DNA from: Patescibacteria group bacterium
GTDB taxonomy: Bacteria > Patescibacteriota > Gracilibacteria > UBA1369 > UBA12463
Direction of reading: 5' to 3'
Assembly: GCA_038062935.1 (NCBI GenBank)
Contig: JBBTWG010000025.1
Location: 1 to 46,014, forward strand
Length of the DNA stretch: 46,014 bases
Shown one piece after another: positions 18,183 to 26,510 of the stretch. Position 1 is the first letter of the stretch; each line of letters begins with the position of its first letter. Below the pieces are notes generated by a model. The model was not told where the DNA came from, made no database searches, and saw only the letters and a list, made by a program, of their open reading frames with translations. Made by a program: the position numbers and the translations under genes.

Positions 18183-19870
18183 TCGATGACCGTGAAGCCT
18201 TTTCTCGCAATGCTTCGGAAATCCTGTGGAATCGGAGTGAACCTCGTATTCACCGGTTGATAATACATAAACACGCGAATCAGCGTGTCAGGTTTTGGAG
18301 TGATATTGAGCGGCGCCACGTGATTGAAATCCCGTGTTCCGAGGAAACTCACAAACACATACGGTTCAGGATTTTTCATCATTCGTGGAACCCAGAAATC
18401 CATAAAATCTTTTTTTTCGGAATCATTCAGTCCCATTTTCCCCAAATTTTCTTTCAAGAAAGATGAAATCTCAGTGCGAGAAATCACGAACCCGCGATCC
18501 GCACTCACGCTTTTTTTCGACATTCCTTCCCAGAAAAGATACGGATAATTTTGCCCATCCGCATAATTCAAAAGTTGCCCACTTGGAGACGCTTTCACAA
18601 ACCAGCCATCGCGACCATAATCAGGAATTGTCTTCGTAAAATGATCGATATCCACACCCACACGCACATCCATTTCATGAGTCGGATAGAGATAAATCAC
18701 AGGTTTCCCACATTCTGCCGGAAGCTGTGTATCACGACTCACGAGATACGACCAGCGACCCAGAGGATCCTGCCAATAGAGAATCGGTTTCGTCTTCAAA
18801 AATGCAGCCATGGTCATCTTTTTTGCCCCCGGTTTCTCTTTGGAGCTATATTCAAAAATCGAACTGTATTGATTGTATTGATCCTGAATAATCTTCTTCT
18901 CTCCATCTCGCAGTTCAGGAGTATACATTTTGATCCCTCTCGAAGTCGTCCCCGCAAGTGTCAGATTTTTTTCGTTCACATCCGGGACGACCACATAGCA
19001 GTTTCCCTGAACACCGCATCCACCAGAGATATATTGATAACGCTCTCCCAATGATTCAGCAGAATTATCATTCCAGGTAACAACATCATCAAAAAATTTC
19101 GGATCAAATTCATACCGTGAAATCGTCCCATCCACTGCCTGGACATAGAAGCAACCCGAACCATCTTTCCCATCTCCATCAGAAAAGTACACATTCCCAA
19201 CCACGGGATCAGTAAAAGCAACTTTGCTACCAACAAGTCTATCCTGAAAAACACTCTGCAGCGCACCATTTTTCGACGAATCAGAGTAATAAGAATACAT
19301 CAGATCATGAACGCCCAAATGCAAAAATTGATTCGTATTTGGAATCCGTATTCTCTCTGGAAGTTCGAGTCCAGCAAGCGTCGTGCGATCATCATTATTT
19401 TTCAAAAGAGCTTGAATTTCTGGCGACATTTCTTCCTCCTCCTTGTCCATATACTGGGTCAGATGCACAATTTTTTTGTTACTTTTATCCCACGCCAGGC
19501 GATAAGCATATGATCGGAAACACATTCCATCACACTCGGCGTCCAGTAAAACCAGAGACCAGTCCTTGTAAGGAGCGACATTGATCGTTCCAATTTCGAA
19601 AAATGAGAACATGGGCTGTGAGCCTTTATCCGGAACCGGATACCCCGGAATCATAGCGGCAGGAATAATTTTTGGGATTGCAAAAGGAGTGAAATCAGGA
19701 GAAATCGCAACCGGTTGATTCTCAACAGAAGTGGTTTCAGGAGAAGTGAGCACTTCAGGAGTCGATGGAGTTTCCAGAGCAACTGGCGCTATTGCCGGTG
19801 TCTCCGCCCGGCATCCAGCAAAAATAGCAAGCATCAAAAAAGCAATCGGAAGAAATATTTTTTTCTGCAT
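18146..19870 (-). CDS. Hypothetical lipoprotein (about 574 aa)
   Basis: The internal start MQKKIFLPIAFLMLAIFAGC gives a lipoprotein signal with a lipobox. The ORF-track start at 19951 would overlap purP paralog 2 by 41 nt. I recognise no family. The CGKPVIYLYP...YLFWEG block looks like a conserved domain of unknown function. Confidence 0.65.
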   Translation of the reverse strand: MQKKIFLPIAFLMLAIFAGCRAETPAIAPVALETPSTPEVLTSPETTSVENQPVAISPDFTPFAIPKIIPAAMIPGYPVPDKGSQPMFSFFEIGTINVAPYKDWSLVLLDAECDGMCFRSYAYRLAWDKSNKKIVHLTQYMDKEEEEMSPEIQALLKNNDDRTTLAGLELPERIRIPNTNQFLHLGVHDLMYSYYSDSSKNGALQSVFQDRLVGSKVAFTDPVVGNVYFSDGDGKDGSGCFYVQAVDGTISRYEFDPKFFDDVVTWNDNSAESLGERYQYISGGCGVQGNCYVVVPDVNEKNLTLAGTTSRGIKMYTPELRDGEKKIIQDQYNQYSSIFEYSSKEKPGAKKMTMAAFLKTKPILYWQDPLGRWSYLVSRDTQLPAECGKPVIYLYPTHEMDVRVGVDIDHFTKTIPDYGRDGWFVKASPSGQLLNYADGQNYPYLFWEGMSKKSVSADRGFVISRTEISSFLKENLGKMGLNDSEKKDFMDFWVPRMMKNPEPYVFVSFLGTRDFNHVAPLNITPKPDTLIRVFMYYQPVNTRFTPIPQDFRSIARKGFTVIEWGGTSSSAWQY

Positions 19871-19910
19871 AATCAAAAAAGTCAGAAGAATAAGCGTCTT
19901 CAGTATAATG

Positions 19911-20969
19911 TCATCCCAGAATTTCCTCCAGTCGATCATCCTCGATCGCATGTTTCACTTCACGCGCGATCCTGCGACCCGTGCTCATCGGTTCGTTGTA
20001 GCGCAGCCACGTGTACGGCGAACCATTCACAAAAGGATTCGTCCCCGCCACGATGCGTGCTGAAATTTCAAATGTGAAGAAATTCAATTGTGGATCAATA
20101 ATTGTCTCCAGACAAAAAGGTCCAAAAATCCCGCGTTTGCCAACACCCTCCAGTTTTCGTGAAGTCTCCACCACGCGTCGACCCATCTGGAACAGTTGCG
20201 GCAAGAGCGATTCCCGGATCACCAGTGGCATATTTCCTGTAATCGTATAGCTCGTTTTGATATGCGCATCCATCTGATCGCGCGCTGCAATGCGCCCAAT
20301 CGAATCCGCATTCGACTCATATCGTTTGTCAAAACTCATAATTTCCAGTTCATCCGTCAGTGGTGAATAGAAGTAATGAATATACATCGGCACACCCACA
20401 ATATATTCCTGAAGCACATATTTTCGCTCCTCCATGGGATAATCCCGCACATGGTCATAAAATTCTTTTGGCGTATTGGCAATGAAGTATCCACTCCCAC
20501 CCATCGCGCCATGAAACTTCACAATCACTGGACGGTCAATATCTTCCGGTTTTTCCAGAACTTCCGGCTGGCGAAGACCGGCGAGAGCAAGCCATTCTCG
20601 CTGTTTAATCCGATCCGATTCCCAGGCGAGAATCGACCGCGTTCCGAAATGCATCATCGACACTTTCTGCACTTCTTTCGCACCGATGTAGCTCACAAAA
20701 CTTCCATGCGGAATCAAAACTGCATTCTGTTTTTTGAGCTCTTCTTCAACCGAAAAAAAGTCAGAAAATTTCTCCACTTCGAGGATCTGATCCGCCACCC
20801 GAAAACTCTCATAAGGCTCTTTCGTGCCTTTCGTACACACACAAATCGTTTTGAACCCCTCGTCCTTTGCTCCCTTCAGAATCTGAAGAGCCGTGTGGCT
20901 TCCAAGCGTCGCAATGGCGTAATCAGCAGGAGAACTCATGGGCAAAAGGTGAATATTTTCAGTGATCAT
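19911..20969 (-). CDS. purP: FAICAR synthetase, archaeal type (PurP), paralog 2
   Basis: YAIATLGSHTALQILKGAKDEGFKTICVCTKG...LIPHGSFVSY...VIVKFHGAMGGSGYFIA...MYIHYFYSPL...ITGNMPLVIRESLLPQ...GIFGPFCLE is a very close match to the canonical PurP motifs. Confidence 0.9.
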   Translation of the reverse strand: MITENIHLLPMSSPADYAIATLGSHTALQILKGAKDEGFKTICVCTKGTKEPYESFRVADQILEVEKFSDFFSVEEELKKQNAVLIPHGSFVSYIGAKEVQKVSMMHFGTRSILAWESDRIKQREWLALAGLRQPEVLEKPEDIDRPVIVKFHGAMGGSGYFIANTPKEFYDHVRDYPMEERKYVLQEYIVGVPMYIHYFYSPLTDELEIMSFDKRYESNADSIGRIAARDQMDAHIKTSYTITGNMPLVIRESLLPQLFQMGRRVVETSRKLEGVGKRGIFGPFCLETIIDPQLNFFTFEISARIVAGTNPFVNGSPYTWLRYNEPMSTGRRIAREVKHAIEDDRLEEILG

Positions 20970-21053
20970 ACGATTATTTCAGGATTTTGTCTAATGATTT
21001 TTCTTAAAAAGTGAGCAATTCTATCGAGTGACCGTCATTCTTTTTTACTCATC

Positions 21054-21569
21054 ATGATGCTTCCGATGGATTTTTTTGAACGGCCGACGCTCATTGTCGC
21101 CCATGATATGCTGGGGAAATTTTTGTGTTGCAGCGATGGGAGGGCATTGATGATTACCGAGGTGGAGGCTTATGATGGACCGCAAGATCTCGCCTGTCAT
21201 GCAGCACGGGGTCGAACTCCTCGTACGGAAGTTATGTTTGGCGCGGCGGGACATTTTTATGTGTATCTGATTTATGGCATTCACTGGATGCTCAATGTCG
21301 TTACTGACCGGAAAGACTATCCTGCGGCCGTGCTCATTCGTGGCCTTGAAGGAATTTCTGGTCCAGCACGTTTGACCAAGGCTTTGAAAATCGATAAAAA
21401 GCTCAACACTTTGCCGGCTCATCCTGCGAGTGGTTTCTGGTTCGAAGATCGTGGCACTCGCATTCCGTCGCGTGAAATAATCAAAACTCCCCGCATTGGC
21501 GTCGATTATGCAGGGCCTGAATGGGCCACAAAACCATGGCGATTTTTGGTGAAAAATGGGTCGAGCTAG
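21054..21569 (+). CDS. mpg: DNA-3-methyladenine (alkylpurine) glycosylase, AAG/MPG family
   Basis: The family signature is present: FFERPTLIVAHDMLGKFL...ITEVEAYDGPQDLACHAARGRTPRTEVMFGAAGHFYVYLIYGIHWMLNVV. The 181-aa ORF on the opposite strand is a shadow ORF. Confidence 0.85.
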   Translation: MMLPMDFFERPTLIVAHDMLGKFLCCSDGRALMITEVEAYDGPQDLACHAARGRTPRTEVMFGAAGHFYVYLIYGIHWMLNVVTDRKDYPAAVLIRGLEGISGPARLTKALKIDKKLNTLPAHPASGFWFEDRGTRIPSREIIKTPRIGVDYAGPEWATKPWRFLVKNGSS

Positions 21570-21638
21570 AATCAAAAACAAAAAAGCCATAGCGTACTTC
21601 AGAATTTTGGCTTACAATGGACAAAATTTTCAAAAACT

Positions 21639-22691
21639 ATGCTTTCACCCCAGGCGCTCGAACAATTTTGCAAAGCTGAAAAAATTCCCGCTTTTCGCGT
21701 GAAGCAGATTCTGGAAGCCATCTACGAAAAAGGCGTGCAATCATACGACGAGATTTCGACACTTCCAAAAGATCTTCGAAAAACACTCAGCGAAAAATTT
21801 CCCATCTCCACCGTCACGCCGAGCGCTCACGAAATATCCGCAGACGGCAGCACCGAAAAAGTTCTTTTCAAGCTCCGCGATGAAGGTGTCGTCGAATCCG
21901 TGCTCATGCATTTCAAAGATGGTCGCAAAACTGTCTGCGTTTCCAGCGAAGTTGGCTGTCCGCTCAAATGTACTTTTTGCGCATCAGGAACTTTGCTTTT
22001 CAAGCGCTCACTCCAGGCCGAAGAAATCGCAGACCAAGTCATCTATTTCGGACGCGCACTCAAGCGAAAAGGCGAGCGCCTCAATCACGTCGTCTACATG
22101 GGCATCGGTGAGCCATTTCGCAATTACGATAATCTCATCAAATCCCTGAAAATCCTCATGGACGACAAATTTCTCGGCCTCGGCGCCCGCAAAATCACCG
22201 TCTCGACCGCCGGCATCGCCGACAAAATCCGCACCTTCGCCGATGAACCTTTTCAGGTCAATCTCGCACTCAGTCTCCACGCGCCGACGCAAGAACTCCG
22301 CGCCAAAATCATGCCGATCTCTCGACGTTTCACGCTCGATGAAGTCATGGAATCCGTCAAATATTATTTGAAAAAAACCAACCGCCGCATTTCGTTCGAA
22401 TACGTCATGTTGAACGGTATCAACGACACCGAAGAATGCGCTCACCAACTCGTGAAACTCATCCGTGAAAAACTCGGCCCGCTGAAAAAACTCACGCACG
22501 TGAACATGATCCCGTACAACGCCACCGACATCGCCGAAATCAAAGGCTCCACAAAAGAGCAAATGCGAAAATTCCGTGCAATCCTCGAAAAAGCCAATAT
22601 TCCAGCGACAATCCGAGTGTCACTCGGTCAAGACATTGCCGCCGCGTGTGGACAATTGGCGAACAAGGTGGAGAAGAAAGAGAAAGTTTAA
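21639..22691 (+). CDS. rlmN: 23S rRNA (adenine2503-C2)/tRNA methyltransferase RlmN (radical SAM)
   Basis: FRVKQILEAIYEKGV, CVSSEVGCPLKCTFCASG (the CxxxCxxC radical-SAM cluster), VVYMGIGEPF and LALSLHAP are RlmN/Cfr-family motifs. Confidence 0.9.
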   Translation: MLSPQALEQFCKAEKIPAFRVKQILEAIYEKGVQSYDEISTLPKDLRKTLSEKFPISTVTPSAHEISADGSTEKVLFKLRDEGVVESVLMHFKDGRKTVCVSSEVGCPLKCTFCASGTLLFKRSLQAEEIADQVIYFGRALKRKGERLNHVVYMGIGEPFRNYDNLIKSLKILMDDKFLGLGARKITVSTAGIADKIRTFADEPFQVNLALSLHAPTQELRAKIMPISRRFTLDEVMESVKYYLKKTNRRISFEYVMLNGINDTEECAHQLVKLIREKLGPLKKLTHVNMIPYNATDIAEIKGSTKEQMRKFRAILEKANIPATIRVSLGQDIAAACGQLANKVEKKEKV

Positions 22692-22957
22692 ATGCCATAA
22701 ACATCTTTCCGATGTTTAATCCGCAGAATCATGAGAATAAAAACACGACCTTTTGCATCGACATCGAAAAGCGCACGATAGTCGCCAATCCGAAAACGAT
22801 ACATTCCCAAACGCGAGTCAGTAAGCTGCTTCGCAAACGAAAGAGGATCTTCTTGCTCACTATAAAAAGCAATCTTCTTCACCACGCGCTGAGCAATTTT
22901 TCGCTCAAGCTTCAAGAGATCCCGCCGTGCGTATTCTGTATAAAAAACCTGATGCAT
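22688..22957 (-). CDS. Type II toxin, RelE/ParE family
   Basis: It is 89 aa. ...YRFRIGDYRALFDVDAKGRVFILMILRIKHRKDVY is the typical RelE/ParE C-terminal core. It sits 8 nt downstream of a small antitoxin-like ORF. Confidence 0.8.
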   Translation of the reverse strand: MHQVFYTEYARRDLLKLERKIAQRVVKKIAFYSEQEDPLSFAKQLTDSRLGMYRFRIGDYRALFDVDAKGRVFILMILRIKHRKDVYGI

Positions 22958-22965
22958 GGGAAAAA

Positions 22966-23217
22966 CTAAAGAACTCCAAATTCTTTCAAAATATCCTGCT
23001 GCGTGCGAATATTCCCTTTTTTGACATCTTTCCGAGCTAAATTGATCTCATCGGAAAGTTTTTCAAGTAAAAAATCTTTTTCATCAATAGCGCGAATCTC
23101 AAGCACCGGAACGTTCTTTCGCAGCACAATATAGCGAGTATTCTTCTGTTTCGCCTTCTTCGTATAGTGCGCTAAATTTTGACGAAATTCTTTGAGTCCT
23201 ACAAATTGAATTGTCAT
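22966..23217 (-). CDS. Type II antitoxin, Phd/YefM-like
   Basis: The internal start gives MTIQFVGLKEFRQNLAHYTKKAKQKNTRYIVLRKNVPVLEI..., the Phd/YefM N-terminal pattern. The ORF-track start at 23316 adds an implausible 33-aa extension. Confidence 0.7.
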   Translation of the reverse strand: MTIQFVGLKEFRQNLAHYTKKAKQKNTRYIVLRKNVPVLEIRAIDEKDFLLEKLSDEINLARKDVKKGNIRTQQDILKEFGVL

Positions 23218-23226
23218 GATACCTTC

Positions 23227-23256
23227 AGTGTACACTTGAAAAACACTTTTTTCAAG
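23227..23256. promoter_or_regulatory. Two adjacent palindromes upstream of the antitoxin gene (candidate TA operator)
   Basis: AGTGTACACT is a perfect 10-bp palindrome at 23227-23236. CTTGAAAAA-cact-TTTTTCAAG is a 9-bp inverted repeat at 23235-23256. Both lie 10-40 nt upstream of the antitoxin ATG. Confidence 0.4.
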
Positions 23257-23284
23257 ACAGAAAATATCAACAAACGCTTTTTTC

Positions 23285-23312
23285 TTGCACCCCCCCCAAC
23301 TCGAGGTACGAT
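23285..23312 (+). promoter_or_regulatory. Promoter candidate TTGCAC-16 nt-TACGAT with a C8 homopolymer in the spacer
   Basis: TTGCAC lies at 23285-23290, the C run at 23290-23297 and TACGAT at 23307-23312, about 42 nt upstream of the ATG at 23354. Confidence 0.35.
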
Positions 23313-23353
23313 CCAAAAAGACATGTTTTAATTTTTCTTCACCCTCTCTTTTT

Positions 23354-24058
23354 ATGGAAAATCAAAAGAAACTGATCATCGGTCTCATCGCACTCGTAGT
23401 CGTCGGCGCAGGAGTCTATTTCGTCTCAGCGAGTAATCTCAAAGGCGATTTCTTTGACCGTCGTACCGGGAGAGCTATTGAAAAAGCGCCAGTAGAAGAA
23501 CAAAAAGTAATAACTGGCACAAGCAAAACAGCAAAAGATCTTTCATCAATAGTGAAAAATGCCCAAGAGGTTAATCCAACACCAATAGGGTGTATTATGG
23601 GGACAATATTTGCAGGTACAAAAGAGATAGGAAGTAATCAGCAGGCAGGATTTATAGAAAAACAGGAATACCCATTCCAAAATCTTGTCAGCGAAATTAA
23701 AGATGGAGGGAAGAATAATTGTGTTTATATGCTGAGAATTGTGGTTCATGATAAAGAAAGTTCTACCGTTGAAAAAATAGCGTATGAAGCAAATAGAATG
23801 GTATTCAAAGGCTTTGAAGCAACAGTAAAAGATGATGGACAGAGCATTGAAGTGATAGATCCAGCGTCAGGTCATGAGATTTTTATAAAAAAAATCAAAG
23901 AAAATGGCCAAGAAAAGATTAGAGTACGGCAAGTATTCATAGATCACGGTGGAAGGAATATCTTCACTATTTGGAATGGCTTGAACTCTGCAGCAGGAAC
24001 GCTACAAGAAAAACTCACTGTTGTTGTTACGGGCGTGGGCACTTACAACGTGCCATAG
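23354..24058 (+). CDS. Hypothetical membrane-anchored exported protein
   Basis: The internal ATG gives MENQKKLIIGLIALVVVGAGVYFVSASNLKGDFF, an anchor motif shared with the two giant SLH proteins. The rest has no recognisable family. Confidence 0.6.
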   Translation: MENQKKLIIGLIALVVVGAGVYFVSASNLKGDFFDRRTGRAIEKAPVEEQKVITGTSKTAKDLSSIVKNAQEVNPTPIGCIMGTIFAGTKEIGSNQQAGFIEKQEYPFQNLVSEIKDGGKNNCVYMLRIVVHDKESSTVEKIAYEANRMVFKGFEATVKDDGQSIEVIDPASGHEIFIKKIKENGQEKIRVRQVFIDHGGRNIFTIWNGLNSAAGTLQEKLTVVVTGVGTYNVP

Positions 24059-24068
24059 ATTGGCCCTC

Positions 24069-25622
24069 CTAATGCCGGAAAAGTCTCACCCCCGTCGTCA
24101 CCATCGCAAGCCCGAGCTCGTCCGCGCGCGCGACGACTTCATCATCACGGATGCTGCCGCCCGGTTGAATAATCGCCACCGCGCCAGCTTTCGCACACGC
24201 CTCCACGCCGTCCGCAAAAGGGAAAAACGCATCACTCGCCATGACGCTGCCCGGCACATTCGCGCCGCCTTTGTGTGCACCGATGAAAACCGCATCCACA
24301 CGCGACATCTGACCAGCGCCGATACCCGTCACCACCTCCGCACCATCATCCAAAACTTTCGCAAACACGATCGCATTTGAATGTACGTGCTTCACGATTT
24401 TATTCGCAAAGAGCATCGCCTGAATTTCGCGATCTGTTGGTGATTTTTTCGTCACAACTTTCAAATCCGCGACCGTCACATCGGAACCACCCTGACTCTG
24501 GATGAGAATGCCACCTTCGACTTTTTTGATGTCACGACTATCTTCATTCGGCCGTAGTTCGCCAGTTTTCAAAAGTCGCAAATTCTTGTTTTTCATGAGT
24601 ATCTCGAGCGCGTCCGGCGCAAAATCCGGCGCAATAATAATTTCCAGAAACCATTTCTTCTCCGCAATAAAATTCGCAACACTGATGCTACATCCGCGAT
24701 TCAACGCAAGGACTCCACCAAAAGCTGACATCGAGTCGACCTCGTATGCGTATCGCAGTGCTTCTTCCAGCGTCTCTGCACTCGCAACCCCACATGGATT
24801 ATTGTGCTTAATCACTGCAGCTGTCGGTCGAGAAAATTCTTTCACAAGCTCCAGCGCACTATTGCCATCCACAATATTATTGAAAGAAAGTTGCTTTCCA
24901 TGCAGCACCGCAGCGTTCGTAATATTCGCATCTTTGTTGAAAGGATTTTTGAAGAAAGCCGCTTTCTGATGAGGATTTTCGCCATAACGCATCGACGACA
25001 CTTTTTCATAATGCAGATTCATCAGTTCCGGTTCTTCGAGTTGTTGTCGGAGATAGCGCTCGATTTCTTCATCATACATGCGGGTGCGGGTGAACACCTT
25101 GCGCGCAAGCAACTTGCGAGTCACCAAAGTCGTATCCCCATGTTCTCGAATTTCTTCCAAAACTTTTCCATAATCCGCAGGATCCGTGAGCACTGTCACA
25201 AACCGAAAATTCTTCGCACTACTGCGAAGCATCGACGGCCCACCGATATCGATCTGCTCGATCACATCCAATTCACTCACACCTTTTTTCGCTGCCGTCG
25301 CCTCGAAAGGATAGAGATTGATCACCACGAGGTCGATCTCCGGAATTCCGTGTTGCGCCAAAGTCTCCATATGCGCAGCATTATCACGCAAAGCGAGAAG
25401 CCCACCATGAATTTTTGGGTGCAAAGTTTTCACACGCCCATCCAAAATCTCCGGAAATCCAGTCATATCGCTCACCAAAGTCACCGGAATATCATTTTCC
25501 TGAAGGAGTTTTGCTGTACCGCCAGTAGAAAGAATCTCGATTTTCAGCTTTGCGAGTGCCTGAGCGAAAGGAAGAATTCCGCTCTTGTCCGAAACGCTGA
25601 TAAGGGCACGAGACAAACCCAT
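24069..25622 (-). CDS. purH: Bifunctional AICAR formyltransferase / IMP cyclohydrolase (PurH)
   Basis: Full-length PurH signatures are present: ALISVSDKSGILPFAQALAKLKIEILSTGGTAKLL...GRVKTLHPKIHGGLL...VVINLYPF...IKHNNPCGVA...AIIQPGGSIRD...RLFRH. Confidence 0.95.
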   Translation of the reverse strand: MGLSRALISVSDKSGILPFAQALAKLKIEILSTGGTAKLLQENDIPVTLVSDMTGFPEILDGRVKTLHPKIHGGLLALRDNAAHMETLAQHGIPEIDLVVINLYPFEATAAKKGVSELDVIEQIDIGGPSMLRSSAKNFRFVTVLTDPADYGKVLEEIREHGDTTLVTRKLLARKVFTRTRMYDEEIERYLRQQLEEPELMNLHYEKVSSMRYGENPHQKAAFFKNPFNKDANITNAAVLHGKQLSFNNIVDGNSALELVKEFSRPTAAVIKHNNPCGVASAETLEEALRYAYEVDSMSAFGGVLALNRGCSISVANFIAEKKWFLEIIIAPDFAPDALEILMKNKNLRLLKTGELRPNEDSRDIKKVEGGILIQSQGGSDVTVADLKVVTKKSPTDREIQAMLFANKIVKHVHSNAIVFAKVLDDGAEVVTGIGAGQMSRVDAVFIGAHKGGANVPGSVMASDAFFPFADGVEACAKAGAVAIIQPGGSIRDDEVVARADELGLAMVTTGVRLFRH

Positions 25623-25767
25623 AGCGGAAAGACTCTACCACAAAAATCCCGCCAGAACAAGACTGGAAAGATGTGATACCCTGGCATCAGGGGCAGCTTC
25701 AGAAAATACTGTAACCAAATATTGAAAGGAATGGTATTTACATACAGAAATATAAAATATCCCTCAC

Positions 25768-26211
25768 ATGCCACCAAAAGAAATCAAAGAGGAGGTAGCG
25801 ACCACAGGCCATGACAATGACCTTGATGATGGTATTCTCGATCGTTATGAAGGAGATTTATCCCGAGAAACTGTGAGGCTTTTCAAGAAACATAATTTTA
25901 AAAAAGGCGAAATCGTTCAGGTAACAGAAGGTTGCTTCGGCGTCATAGATAATTTTCGTGGCACGGTGAAGTTTCCTCCTGGCATAGAAATGAACGAGAG
26001 AGACTACAGAAAATCAGTGGATCCCGGGGACTGGAAAAGGGAATTTTTCGCAGATGTGATTCGTATGCCCGATACAGGGAGCGGGACAACAGGGATATCG
26101 CTCCAGCAGTTGATCCAGATGAATCCAGAAGGTTCAAAAAAGATGAGTCTCAAAGAGAGCCTCGCGGCACATATTGAGGCAATAAGAGCCAAATTGGGAG
26201 AGATGCTTTAG
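25768..26211 (+). CDS. Hypothetical protein
   Basis: A 147-aa ORF with normal composition. I recognise no family. Confidence 0.5.
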   Translation: MPPKEIKEEVATTGHDNDLDDGILDRYEGDLSRETVRLFKKHNFKKGEIVQVTEGCFGVIDNFRGTVKFPPGIEMNERDYRKSVDPGDWKREFFADVIRMPDTGSGTTGISLQQLIQMNPEGSKKMSLKESLAAHIEAIRAKLGEML

Positions 26212-26232
26212 AATCTCCCAAAACAAAAAGCC

Positions 26233-26445
26233 CTACTTCACAAACGGCACCAGTGCCATATGTCTCGCACGTTTGATTGCCTGCGCGATCTTTTTCTGAT
26301 TCTGGAGATTTGCACCACTATAGTAGCGAGGCACAATACGTCCGTATTTCGAGATATATTTGGAGAGAAGTTGCAGATTTTTGTAGTCAATGTACTGAAC
26401 ACCGGCTTTAGAGATCTGACATTTACGATTTTGGTAGGTAGGCAT
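26233..26445 (-). CDS. rpsR: 30S ribosomal protein S18
   Basis: YIDYKNLQLLSKYISKYGRIVPRYYSGANLQNQKKIAQAIKRARHMALVPF is the S18 signature. The gene sits in the classical rpsF-ssb-rpsR arrangement. Confidence 0.95.
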   Translation of the reverse strand: MPTYQNRKCQISKAGVQYIDYKNLQLLSKYISKYGRIVPRYYSGANLQNQKKIAQAIKRARHMALVPFVK

Positions 26446-26450
26446 GCGTC

Positions 26451-26478
26451 GAGGATTTAGGATTTAGGATGTAGGAAG
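26451..26478 (-). repeat. Tandem heptamer array upstream of rpsR (coding-strand reading: cTTCCTA cATCCTA aATCCTA aATCCTC, then gacgc ATG)
   Basis: Read directly from the sequence. It has 4 units and ends 5 nt before the rpsR ATG. Confidence 0.8.
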
Positions 26479-26491
26479 TTACACGTCAATG

Positions 26492-26507
26492 GTCACATGT
26501 CACACGT
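26492..26507 (-). promoter_or_regulatory. Conserved 16-nt box ACGTGTGACATGTGAC (coding-strand reading) upstream of the rpsR heptamer array
   Basis: It is 15/16 identical to 45756-45771 upstream of atpA. A TTGACG -35-like hexamer (26484-26489) lies just downstream of it. Confidence 0.4.
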
Positions 26508-26510
26508 TTT

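Noticed and set aside
21045-21590. A 181-aa minus-strand ORF overlapping the glycosylase gene.
   Set aside because: The plus strand carries the AAG/MPG signature, so this is a shadow ORF.
24804-25676. A 290-aa plus-strand ORF (and a 155-aa ORF at 24502-24969) antisense to purH.
   Set aside because: The opposite strand encodes an unmistakable full-length PurH. The antisense translation is Arg/Phe/Ile-rich noise.
26196-26219. A hairpin (GGGAGA-12 nt-TCTCCC) between the convergent hypothetical gene and rpsR, considered as a bidirectional terminator.
   Set aside because: The stem is only 6 bp and the loop is 12 nt. It overlaps the stop codon of the plus-strand gene and has no proper U-tract following it on either strand.
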